Of a DNA stretch of 64,000 bases, positions 51,913-64,000 are shown in pieces; position 1 is the stretch's first letter; the number at the start of each line of letters is the position of its first letter. The notes below the pieces were generated by a model. The model made no database searches. It was not told the DNA's origin and saw only the letters and a list, made by a program, of their open reading frames with translations. The DNA is from Octopus vulgaris (taxonomy: Eukaryota): the NCBI GenBank assembly GCA_951406725.2, contig OX597824.1, positions 61,876,001 through 61,940,000 of the forward strand, written 5' to 3'. Both the position numbers and the translations under genes were made by a program.

Positions 51913-52191
51913 GTCGAAGTGCAAATAATAATACAATTTGGCACATAAAAAAAAAATTTTAAAGCATTCAAATATTTTTTTTATTGCCACCCTCATATTG
52001 ATCAAACGTTACGTTTATTTTCAAGAATAACTTGGCATATTTACTGAACGTGATGGCCATTTTAATAATGTCTTTGATTTCATGTTATCTGCTACCTTAC
52101 TTATCGATTATTTGCTTCTCCTATATTGATAACTATATGTATATATTAGTATACACATACACACACCCCCATATATATATACACATACATA

Positions 52192-52244
<53 letters not shown>

Positions 52245-52539
52245 GTGTGTGTGTGTGTGTGTGTATGTGTGTGTGTGTGTGTGTATGTATATACTTCTAA
52301 TTAAAGATTCGCCAGCATATTAAAATGCATTTTAAGGTGAAAATTACAAACAATTATAATTTAAGGCAAAAGAGAAAAGTTCTACGCCAATATGGAATTC
52401 AAAAAAAATTCTGTTAGCTTGCTTTTCTCGTTTCAACACGCTGTGTATTTATTGAAAAATAATGTATGTAGTTAGACGATCTAACGTCTATTCTAACGTC
52501 CCCTTATTTATAATTGTCTATAATTTTCCCCCACATGTA

Positions 52540-52629
<90 letters not shown>

Positions 52630-52643
52630 CCTACCTATCTATA

Positions 52644-52694
<51 letters not shown>

Positions 52695-53149
52695 ATATAT
52701 GCCTATATATTTATGTGCCTCTGTGTGTGTGTGTATTAGTAATATTCGCACACCTCTTTTTGAAGAGGATAAATATTGGATCAGCAGGTTTCACGCATAT
52801 GACACACATTATATGATTTCGTAAATAATCGCTTTTGCTTTAAAATCAAATGCAAAGTGGACATTGTGGTTAAGATTTGTATATTTTTCTAAGACTGACA
52901 AGATTTGCATGTATTGGCCTCATAACACCTATTTGCCATACGGATATTGTTGTGCCAATATCAGTTACTGCCCTTGTTTATCTGTTTCTTTTGCTATACA
53001 CGATTTTTTGATTTCCCTCAAAACACATTTATATAGATATTCAGTCTACAGAACGAATCTTTTCTTATTAAATGTCATATTTTCCTGTTCATATCTGTCA
53101 TTCTTTATATATATATATATGTAAAATTAAAATCAAAATAAGGGTGAAA

Positions 53150-53330
53150 TATTGGATATTAATTTTATAACATCAATTTAACACCAGTGGTCTAGCATAT
53201 AAAGAACTGAGATTCAGTAAATAATATTTTATACATAAATATAAGAGGGAACCACGACGCAGAAACTTTTACGCTAGAAAAAGATCCGCTATGGTCTCAA
53301 CCACTAAGAATTGTTCTTAAAATTTGGGAC
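53150..53330 (+). repeat. Copy of the putative PLE terminal repeat
   Basis: CATCAATTTAACACCAGTGGTCTAGCATA...ATAAGAGGGAACCAC...ACCACTAAGAA, compare 7560-7728 and 14190-14350. Confidence 0.55.
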
Positions 53331-53582
53331 TTATGGAGTATCAAAGTTGGGAAGAAAACAGGACATTGGAATCATAGAAGGAAACCGAATGAAAACTAAT
53401 ATGGAGGATCGTTAGACCAGAACGCGTGTATAATAGTGAACGCTGGAGAAATATGTAGAATGAGAGAGAGATAGAAAGCGGTGAAGGGGAAAGAAAACGA
53501 AATTAGAGAAAGGATGAGGGAAAAACGATGGCCAGAAAGACAGTATAGAGTCGCATCAAAAGGATTAAGATAAACTCATAAA

Positions 53583-53639
<57 letters not shown>

Positions 53640-53865
53640 ATATATATACACATATATGTAAACATATCAATTAATAAATACACACACACTCACACACGCA
53701 ACGATCTGTATATATATATATATATATATGTACAGGCTAAAAAAGACGACGAAGTCATCATGAATGATTTTTGTTAAGAAAATTTATGCGTTTAATATAT
53801 GAGTTAGTTGAAAATATCTGAGCTTAAATTGGGAAGAAAACGTTCTTTGTTATTTTGAATCTATA

Positions 53866-53909
<44 letters not shown>

Positions 53910-54545
53910 TGTGTGTGTGTGTGCGTGTGTGCGTGTGTGTGTTCTTGTGTGCGTTCATACATTGGTATTCAAGAAATCACCCAGCTGTCTAAACGAGTTG
54001 CGACGTTACTTGTTTCAAGGTGTATCGGCATTTGCCTTTCCCTTGGATAACATCAGAGGCGTGGAGCGGGAGGGTTGTATGCATGGATTCTTATGGATTA
54101 CCATAAGAAACTTTACTTGGACATGTGTCTTGGAGGGAAACTTCTAGGTGCAAACCGTTTGTCATTCGTGACTGAAAGGGGTCTTTGCTATTTACCTGTA
54201 TTTTATATATCTTCATATTGAATGGTGAATAATTTTGGATTCAACTTTGTATGCATCATTCAGTATATTTAACCTAGGTGTATTATCATACTCTCCACTG
54301 GATATTCTGGTGAGTAGGCTCGGACTTGCATTCACACATTCGCCAAGATGTCTTCAATAGGGATAAAATAGCACAGATACACAAGAATGAAGAACTATTT
54401 TCGTACATACAGTATTCAGAATACTTTACTTATCGTGCATGTACTCTAAGAAAGGCAAACTAATGATGTACTCATCTCAAGAAAGCATATCTAATAGGAG
54501 TATAACGATAACAGGGAGGGCAGTATCATTAACAGATGATACAAA

Positions 54546-55103
54546 TGCTAGATCCGGGATTTCTGCGTATATGTACGTCATCAGCGGTCACTACCCACTG
54601 TCATCCCTATAGATATAAAAATTTCACTAACTCTGATTTGAAAAAAAAAAAACCAAAGACAATGATTAATGAAATCACTGCTCTTACAAATTACTAGCAA
54701 GCTGGGCACATTTTCGTTATGGGCGGCGAAAGATGTATTAGCTCAGAATAGTATTCTGTATAGCTTACTTAATGCAGATAAATCAGCGGTTTTCATTTTG
54801 AAAACGAATCATGTATGCTCGTGTAAAAGAATATGATTAGCAGGCGAAAAATATCCAGGAGCTGCTGTAGAAATTCCTGATCTGGAATTTCTGGTTATTT
54901 TCGAGTCATTGGTAGGATACATGAATTATCAATCGCATGATCAGAAAAGTTTGTTATTAGCGACGAAAACAGTTCAGAATAGCCGTTTAAAAGTGGATAT
55001 AATGCAGAAAAGCCACTAACAGGAAACTTTGTGTAAGCGTGCGGTTGGTAGTGGATACTTTTACCCGATGATTTGCAAATACACAGAAATCCCGGATCTA
55101 GCA
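54546..55103. mobile_element. MITE with 20-bp perfect (~60-bp imperfect) terminal inverted repeats
   Basis: TGCTAGATCCGGGATTTCTG at 54546 and CAGAAATCCCGGATCTAGCA ending at 55103; no clear TSD. Confidence 0.8.
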
Positions 55104-56694
55104 CTTACACCACCACTGTTGGACGGTTTCGTCTGCCTTTCTCTGTGTTTTAGCACCGTACGTCTATCCGAGATGCTTTGCATTATTGTGGCTTTCTTAC
55201 ATTTTATCTCCATTAATGCTAGTAAGATGTATAGAGGCCTATGCTGAACTCATACGGCTTCCGTTGCTAATAGCGAATATTCTTACATCCATTTATCAAT
55301 GTTTCATATCACAGGTCTGCAACCAAAAATTTCTTTCCCATTCATTGCGTGAAATTGATAATATTTTTTACCTACTGATTTAAAAATTTAGCAAGAAATC
55401 ATTCTTTCATGTATAGTTTCCTTACAAAAGTGATCATTGCATTTTATCATTATGCCTGAATTTGACAATTGCTTTTTATTAAATAAACTTTAACAGTTTA
55501 ACTAATAGACTAAATTTTGAAAAATAAGCGTCTAGCAATGAGGATAGTTAATTTACGGAGAAATGCGCCAGGTTTACCGTAGTTTTAACTCCGCATGTAG
55601 AGGGGAAAAGAAAGACGAGTTTTACAAGACATGTTGGTTAGCTTAAAACGTATCTTTTTTTTAAAATTTCTGTTATTTCCTCATGATTTTTTTCAAGGTA
55701 CATATGATACATACATTGACTTATTGTATCATATGTTATACTTCAGTACTCCTTTAATGAAATCTATACATCTAACAATCAAAAGCATTGATTAATTTCA
55801 CAATTAATCATATCTTTATTGGTGTATCTAGAAGTTTTAGCTGGTGAAATGATCTTCTTACAAAATAAGAACAAATATAAATTCGGTTTAGCACGGAGAG
55901 TATATACCGAGAAGATCGTTTATAGATTCGTCAGTTCTAAATCTAACGTCAATTACGACCCGAAATGACATTGTTTTTCAATAATTTGTGACGTTCAAGT
56001 AAATAAACGTCATATAAGACTTATATGTTACAAAATATCAATATTACATGTCCTATTTAACCATAGTTAGATGGATGATTCTAGGTTCCTCTGAAAACAG
56101 CATGAAAATCATATGCTCTAATCTGCTCATATTCCTCCTTTCTTTTTTGTAATGCTGAAAATAATTCATAATTATAACTGAATAATTGTATCGCGAATTC
56201 TTCAATTAAAAGTAACATCGTATTTCTATAACACCAATTTACTGAAAATAAATGACTATGAGTTATTTTTATGGATATATCACGAAATATTTTCAGTGAA
56301 AACCTGTCCTAATAATCTCAATTAGAAACAATTATTAACACTTTTTGTAACATTTCTTTTCTTTCCGGACACAGTTCTCATCAAAATTATATTGCAATGC
56401 CAAGAATCTTGCTTTTAGCGTTTCCCAATGTATTTTCCTTCCTTATTTTTTAAATGTTGCATTACTTTGTCTAATTATTTCTACTTTGGTTGGCGTTATA
56501 TTTTCTCTTGTAAATATTTAAAGCAAAAATATTTAGAGCGCCTTGCTTGTTTCCATGCTGGATGATTTTTAAAAGTTGTTTCCATGCAGGTGATTTTTAA
56601 AAGTTGCTACGACGGACAAATTTTAGTTGAAATTCATAGAATAAGCACTAGGTGCTACGGAATTGTTGTAGTTATTGGTCGACTATGGTATGTC

Positions 56695-57197
56695 CACGCT
56701 TAGATGTATGACTATGGTACGTCCATACATAGAGTTTGCATCACCAGTCTGGAATCCCTATCCTTCTCAGGATATCAATCTACTGGAAACTGCTCAGAAA
56801 CGTGCAGCAAAACTAAAACCCGCTGTCAGGCATTTACCACACTCTAAACGGCTTGCTTCCCTGGGCGTCGACACATTAAATCTCAGACGTCTGGCAACTG
56901 ACTTGGTAGACACCCACAAGATTATCAAGCATCTCTCTAACAAGGACTTTGGGCACCTTTTTGAATTCCATATGACAAACACTCATGGAAATGCTTAGAA
57001 AATCAAAACACAACAGAGCACCCATGACCTTCACGCTCAGAATTGCTGAAGCCTGGTATGAACTACGCGCTTCAATTGTTAGCTGTCGAGACACTACATC
57101 CATCAAAATTTGCATGCTTCTTGAAATATCTGCCGCTTTTTGTCTTTAGTTGTTTTTTAGTTGTAGTGCTCCCGTGCAATGTATACAGACATTTCAA

Positions 57198-57198
<1 letters not shown>
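56695..57198 (+). mobile_element. CR1/L2-group LINE 3' end followed by (TTA)n
   Basis: MVRPYIEFASPVWNPY..DINLLETAQKRAAKL...RLASLGVDTLNLRRLATDLVDTHKII, a typical CR1-group ORF2 C-terminus. Confidence 0.88.
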
Positions 57199-57270
<72 letters not shown>

Positions 57271-57271
57271 G

Positions 57272-57490
57272 TTATTACCTCTACCTTTGCGAAGGCAGAG
57301 GTATTGTTTTCAGTCGTGTTTGATTGTTTGTTTGTTTGTCCTTTGACAACATATCTCAAGAACCACGGTATGGATTCAGATGAAACTTTCAGGGATGTTT
57401 GTCCACGTACCTGGCACGAAATGTTCAGATTTTGGGACCTATTCGGTACCGGACAAGGATTCAGGATTATTTTTCTTGCTTTTTTACTTA
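57272..57490 (+). mobile_element. Helentron-associated (DINE-1/HINE-like) non-autonomous fragment
   Basis: TTATT-ACCTCTACCTT TGCG AAGGCAGAGGT hairpin, (GTTT)n tract and GATGAAACTT motif. Confidence 0.55.
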
Positions 57491-57499
57491 ATGTTTGAT

Positions 57500-59010
57500 C
57501 TTGTGTCACAAATATGGAATCTCATGTCGCTTCTTTCAGTTCTGAACTACCCATGTCGGATGGATCTATATCTGCACTTTGATTTCGAAGAATATATGGT
57601 CCAAACATGGGTTTCTGACTCTACCGCTCCCCACGTTGTTTCTGCTTGATTCGTTCTGCTTGTTTGGTAGCAGAAGTTTAAGGTCCTTCACCTACTCCAG
57701 AGTTAACGCCAGTTTCCTTTGCGAATTTACAAGCATCCTTGACAATAGAATGCAACTACGTTTGCTTTTGTGTTTGCGCACAAGTCACAGCATCCAGTCC
57801 ACCGTACTAGATAAATACATGTACGCTCCTATAATGGAAGTGCACTAGCAGATTTATAATTGCATCATTCATTTTCCTCAATTTCTGAGTAGGTATAGAC
57901 AGTGAACATTAGCTGTAGGTTGTTGCATGTTCTTATATGTCAATAAGTCTCTTGTTTTCCTGTTCCTGTGTTAGAGTTCCGTAGGATTCCAGGTAATGAA
58001 GTTAAAATTGTACTGGAAGGACCTAGGTACTAATAAATTTTAGAGTGAAGCTCAGTCTTCAAAACAATTCGTATTCTCTTATAATATTACTTTTTCATTT
58101 TTCCTTCATAGTGGTATCACATACACCATCACCTTTATTTATTGCCAGATGTTTACATGTTTCTACTGAGTCTCGTTCTTTGATGGAAGTGTTGATATCT
58201 AATCTAATAGACGCTGTTTGTTGGAGCTTGCCTCTTACATAATTTGCTTTGGACATTTATCGAGGTCGCAATCCATCCCGATATCTTCGCTAATCTCTTT
58301 CTCAGTTGATGGCAGCCCTTCCTTCTAGTTTTTGGTCGCTCCTTGCAAACAACTTTAGATAGCGCACGTATAAGAGATGGCTTATTGTCTTGTTAAGAAT
58401 GTTGTCTCTTTATCCGGTAAATTTAATTCTGTGAGAGTGAGATTTTTGCTATGCAATACAGAATGGAAATAGGGAGTCGCCTTGAAAGGTGTCTCGTTTG
58501 GTATTAATACTTTTCGACTGGCTTATCCCTTTCTATGGTTTACAAAGAGTTTATTACACTTGGCCACGCTATTTTGAACAAACAACAAAGATCTTGTATA
58601 TCTCAAGGGCTTTGAGTATTAATTCATGTGTGACTCTATCAAACGCTTTCCTGTAGTCATCCATGCCTTACTCAGGGTCTTGTTTTTGCCCTACAATTTT
58701 CTAAAAATCATCCTGTCTATGGGTAATTGGCTTTTGCATCCATAAGAATTAATTTCCATTACAACCTTTTTGGGGGTTGTGCGGGGATAGAGTTCTGCTC
58801 AAGGAAAACATGCATTCTTTCAGTTATTTTCGATGTGAGAATCTTGTAAGAGGTATTGAGACATGCTATTAGTCGGTAATTCATGGGCGACATTTTGTGT
58901 CTTCAGTTTTTGGCAGTACTTCATGATTGAGGCCAGCATTTCTCCTGGGTCCTCAATGATATCAGTTAGAGATACAGTGATATTTTCGTGTACTTCTGTG
59001 AAATAACCCG
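57500..59010 (-). mobile_element. R4/Dong-type RT remnant, heavily degenerate
   Basis: Minus strand DYRKAFDRVTHELILKALEIYKI near 58600-58660, FQGDS near 58480, and NYRLIACL near 58870. Confidence 0.75.
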
Positions 59011-59525
59011 GCTAGAAAAATGGGTTTGTTTTAAATAGATTTCAATCAAAAGTAACTTTCTTTTTATTCGCTTACAACTTCCCTTTTCACTTTATATGTT
59101 TACTATACTTTATGACAGCAATGATTTCTTTTCTACCACTGAAAGTTATAGAAATGTTTAGATGTTTCAAGACTACATTTTTCGTTTTTCTTTTGTCTGC
59201 CAAGCACTTTAAATTCTACTTCCAATAATTATTGAGAAATGGTAATATTTTATTATAAAAGATATAAGAAGACTGATCAAAATTCCTAGAGTTCCAAAGC
59301 GATTTCATAAAGAGAAAATATATTGACTATCATGGGAAGTAGTACATATTTTTACCGTTGCTTTAATTTATATTTTCTTCATTGACTAACGAGTATTCTT
59401 ATTTCAGAGATTTTATCTTCAAATAAATATATGAAAAGTTAACTGTAAATTGAACACAGCTGGTTTATAATTTTACTTTATGTTGTAGCTGATAGTAAAC
59501 ATGGAACAAACTTCAAGAAAAGTAA

Positions 59526-59626
<101 letters not shown>

Positions 59627-60054
59627 GTCTACCTGTATATATACAGATATATGTATATATATATATATATGTATGTGTGTATTTATATGTGTGTGTTTGT
59701 ATGTATATATATCTATTTATATATATATATATACATATACACATATACCTATATATATATATATGTATATTTACACTTGTATATATGTCTACGTACATAC
59801 ATACAAACATAGACACACACATTGACGCAGAGAGATAAATATAGAATGAGGGGGATTAGGTGTAGGATAATATAGTTAGGTAAATATTTTCATTCATATG
59901 AGACGTATTTACACATATACATATACATACGCAAACACATATCCGTTTATATTTAGATAAACTTTTCACATACCTTTACTTAAGATACACTACTATTTAC
60001 TTTCAACTTTTTTATGTAACAGTACCTACATATAAATGCACAGTTAGCATATCT

Positions 60055-60090
<36 letters not shown>

Positions 60091-60859
60091 TATATGCATG
60101 ATTCAATATATATATATATGTATATATCTAATTAATGTTAATCATATGATCATAGCAATTATCTTATAATTACTTCAATTTTTTTTCTCGCTTTTTATAT
60201 AAATTGATTAAATTTGCCTAAAAGATATCAATAGAATTAACACCTGTACTAATTATTTTAATTGAGATGTAAATATTTTTGAATCATTTAACTTTTGTAT
60301 TGGAACTGTGAAAAATAAAACAAAAATGAACTCAAGTATTATGTGAATGGGTTATATATTTATCAGAACTTTCCCAAACTATTAGGAACCACGTGTAATA
60401 TAAGTTGGCTCTTTTGATAGGAAGCAGTTGCATAGAATGGGATGGATATTTTGTTTTTAATTAAGGTGTGGCAGTGAATAGCATACTAAAACAAAAATCG
60501 AAAGTATTTCGCAGGCGTGAGACAATAGGATTTAGCATTTCGCTCGAAAGGAGTCATCATAAGAATATGTAAGAAATGCAAACTAGGGAAAGTGAATGAT
60601 GGATCATCCATCTACGCAGTCTCTCAAACCTCTAGGATTAACAACAAACTCCCTTCATACTCACTACATCCTCCACTATTCATTGAAAATATCCAGGATA
60701 CAAAGTAAACTGTCGTCCCATATATACTATTTTAGAAAAATAGTACTGTTAGGAGTGCATGGTAGGTCGGAAACCAGGATATATTTCATTGTTATTCTCA
60801 ACCGACAACCTCAAATCTCAGCAAGAGAGGCAGAGTTTTACTAAAAGTGATAAGAGCCG

Positions 60860-62060
60860 CAGAAAAACAAACGGAAAGGCATGGTTGGATTGCATGAGGG
60901 GAAAATCGCCTTATTTGAATGGTTTGTCCTACGAACTCGGTAGATTTCTTTTGCAGCTGGCAGCTGAATGGGAGAATTCTCATTCTTTGAGGTGAGAATC
61001 TGTGGGACTGCTACAATAGGACCCAAACGAGAGGAATCACATTGATAAACCTAGGGTCAAAATTTTCTTAGACGGAGACTAAATGTTAACTCAGGTGTTA
61101 GCCAAGAGATCAGCGTATGTCTTCCATTGGTGACGCAGTGACAGGCGCCGCTCCAAACAGATGTATCCACGACAATATCTACCCCATGTGATACATCATA
61201 GAAAGGGTAGAAAAAGAAACTAGTTTGGATGGGGACCTGGTCAGTTTCGGACGCTAATACATTGTGGTTGTTCCTACGGCGGTCGGTATCAGTTCCGTCA
61301 TCTGCGGTTGGATTGTCGCAACATACGGAATCATATACTCAGCAGAAACTGGAGACGTTACAAGCAATTCTATGCGAACTATGATATGAGAGAACTGTGT
61401 CCACTTACGCGGGCTACATCGATGTCATATTGTCGCCCATAGCAACATAGGCAGATTTGGCTCTGCTCTGAGACGGTGGTGGAGCAAATCTGCAAAAGGA
61501 GAAGTAGATCCAAGAGTTCCCAAAGCGTCGTGGGACGCTGGACGCACCTTTTAAGTTCCTTAGGGTTTGGCCGGGTTCAGATATCCTAGTCGAAAAACTG
61601 CAGGAGACGAGTAGGGTGGCCATTCTCCTCCAGAAATAGTTTGAGAGAAAGGTAAACTCGAAGGGTAGAGTCGAGGAGGCGGACGCATACTTCACTTCGC
61701 CAAATAATACTGTCTAACTGTCGTGCCATGCCTCAGTTCATATATAATCTGAAGCGCATAGTCATCCTCTTTCTGCGGAAGGGGCACATTCAACTTATCA
61801 GGCGCTCCATTTCTTCTAACCTACCGCTGAGCGGAGTATTGTGAAAACCGTGGTTGATGATGCGCAGATATACGCTATGGTTGCTGCATTTCCAGCGACC
61901 AATTTACGATGAGCAGATGTAGTCACCGGTTTTCGGACTCGCTCTTCTGCAGCTCGTCTCTTTCACTGAAGCTCAGTCCTAAATCAAGCGAAGGCGGAGG
62001 CAGGGAGTTCATGTAATCCACGGACTGCTGCCTCCTAAAATCGCTATCCTCTCTGCTAAA
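60860..62060 (+). mobile_element. L1/Tx1-type RT remnant
   Basis: MRGKSPYLNGLSYEL, RGITLINL, VSTYAGYIDVILS (YADD-like), VVGRWT..FKFLRVWPGSDILVEK; homologous to 4813-6600. Confidence 0.72.
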
Positions 62061-62069
62061 ATTTGAAAA

Positions 62070-62136
62070 TATCATCATCATCAGCAGCAGCAGCATCACA
62101 CCATCGTCGTCGTCATCAGCGTCATCATCATCGTCA

Positions 62137-62213
<77 letters not shown>

Positions 62214-62224
62214 ATTATTATTAT
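62070..62224. repeat. (ATC/AGC/GTC)n grading into (TTA)n microsatellite
   Basis: Directly visible. Confidence 0.95.
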
Positions 62225-62358
62225 TGAGTGAGAGAGCAGTGTATTATATCATAGTGACACTGAGGTAAAAGATACAAAACCCAATATACCCGTCATGCCT
62301 ACCGTCTCATAAGGGTATACCAGGCACATGGAACACAACCATATTTGCACAACATAGT
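62224..62358 (-). mobile_element. 3' ~135 nt of the 275-832 element family, with (TAA)n tail
   Basis: TTGAGTGAGAGAGCAGTG...AGTGACACTG.GGTAAAA...ATAAGGGTA.ACCAGGCACATG is the reverse complement of ~700-832. Confidence 0.8.
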
Positions 62359-63990
62359 TGTGACATACTCTATTCTCTATGTTTACTTTTACTAAATCAG
62401 GAATTCTAGCTTTTATTACTCTCTCGGTCTCAATGCTTATATTCCTTACCTTATATCTTTTACTTTCTAGTACTTTACTGAGTTCATGTTTATATCAGTT
62501 ATCAGTATGGTCGAATCCTAGCTTTCTACATTACACCCAGTGGATATGTCTTTTCCGGTACTTTTCCTGTTCCTTCATGTTACATTTACTAAATGTATGA
62601 GTAACTCTCTCCTCCTTTGATTTGCATTATCTTCATGAAAATCTACTTGATTTTTATCTATCTTGGCTTTTATCTAATTAGTTTTTAATGCCTGATCTAC
62701 TTTCTAATTCTTCATGCCAAAACTAATTAACTCTCTTACGTTGGCTTTAGTACTGAATATTCTGAAATATTCATTTATCCATGAGTGTGGAATCATGTCA
62801 TAGGATTTCTTATAATCTATCTACACTTTTGTTAAATTGTTCTGTCTAGATTTTACTTCGATTAGGCCTGCTTTGCCTATGTACAACAGCTCATTCGTTC
62901 ATCTAGCCTTCTTCCTGTAACATTTCTGTTCTTCTGGAAGTAAATTCTGGCTGTCAAGTTGCTCATAAATGCTTTCTGAAAGCATTCCTATAAACAGTTC
63001 CTGTGCCAATGGTAAGCAAGTGATTGTTCTTAAATTACTAGCAATATTGCCTTTGCTTTTGTGTTTCGTATGGAGAACGGCTCTCCCTCTAGTCATCCAA
63101 GTAGCTACGACTCCTTAATTAGTTCCCTCGGTCAGTCTGCTATGTAGGATACTAAATTTCATTAATCGAAATCCTTGGACTACAGCTTATCCTGAGCCCT
63201 TCCTATTTGGCATCCGTAATAACAATTTACTCATTAATGCACTAGTTTGTTTTAGATCTGACTACCCCTTACTAACCACTACTTCTTTCACTTTCTCTAA
63301 CTATACAGCGTCTCCATTATGCTTAAATGGCTTATCCCCGATATCACCCGACAAATTCCTAGCTTCCTCTGCATTAGGTTTCTCATCTCCATTAGTTTCT
63401 TCTAATCTATTCATTTCGTGATAAAATCTCTTCTGGTCTGTCTCAAACAATCTGCTCTTTTCAGATGCCTGGAAAGCTAACCTGCCATTGCTATGATACG
63501 CTGTTTCAGTTCTTCTATGGCTATTCTAAATTCTTTCTCCTTGACTAAGGCGAAGATTTAAATCTTGTGCGTCCTAATTCGTCTTGTTTTCAGGCTTCTT
63601 ATTCTTGTCTTAAATCTTAAATCAATTTTCTAATATTCTTTTCCATATCTTTTCCTTCCTCTTCTTTTTCTGAGGAACACCATTTCTGCTAGTATCTACT
63701 ACCTCTCCTGGATAAATCAATATATTAATGTCAGCTATATCTTTAATGTCTACACAAAATATACTTCTTTCTATTAACACCTTTCAATGTTGTTAATTAT
63801 TCCTTTTCTTCTTTATTCATTGTTTCCTTCAATTCATCCAAAATCTTTCTCACTTATTTCGCACGTGACGCAATTATATTTTCTCGTATGCTGTATTTTG
63901 ACTTGAACTACATCACTTATGCTGTTTGGCTGCTCTACTTGATCTCCCTTTGTTTAGTTCTGTTCTGATCTCTTCTTACTCTAATTCTGT
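62359..63990 (-). mobile_element. R4/Dong-type retrotransposon remnant (pre-RT region, RT N-half and deleted C-part)
   Basis: MTRGRAVL..KSKGNIASNLRTITCLPL...LLPEEQKCYRKKAR, IDYKKSYDMIPHSWI, PNRKGSG..VVQGF, FETDQKRFY. Confidence 0.85.
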
Positions 63991-64000
63991 CAACCACTCT

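Overview
AT-rich, microsatellite-saturated eukaryotic DNA. The SINE families and repeat landscape look like an Octopus/coleoid cephalopod intron or intergenic region (inference). I can support no intact host protein-coding gene; almost all ORF-track entries are translated microsatellites or transposon remnants. The window is a layered graveyard of mobile DNA: six remnants of R4/Dong-type non-LTR retrotransposons (RT, CCHC, restriction-like endonuclease), several abutting (TAA)n tracts; three L1/Tx1-type RT remnants; a CR1-type 3' end; two Penelope-like (GIY-YIG, probably Naiad-type) remnants; Tc1/mariner pieces including a DD37D element; tRNA-derived SINEs; and several fold-back/MITE elements. 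The most notable signal is RNA-level. A head-to-tail tandem of a 354/348-bp non-coding unit (16242-16946) carries in each unit a minimal type I hammerhead ribozyme with a complete catalytic core and a palindromic stem III, which is the architecture of a circular-RNA-producing non-LTR retrozyme. Further intact-looking, degenerate or scrambled hammerhead motifs of other families lie near 9.0, 9.2, 35.5, 38-39.7, 40.8 and 41.2 kb. Coordinates were counted by eye; repeat boundaries are approximate.
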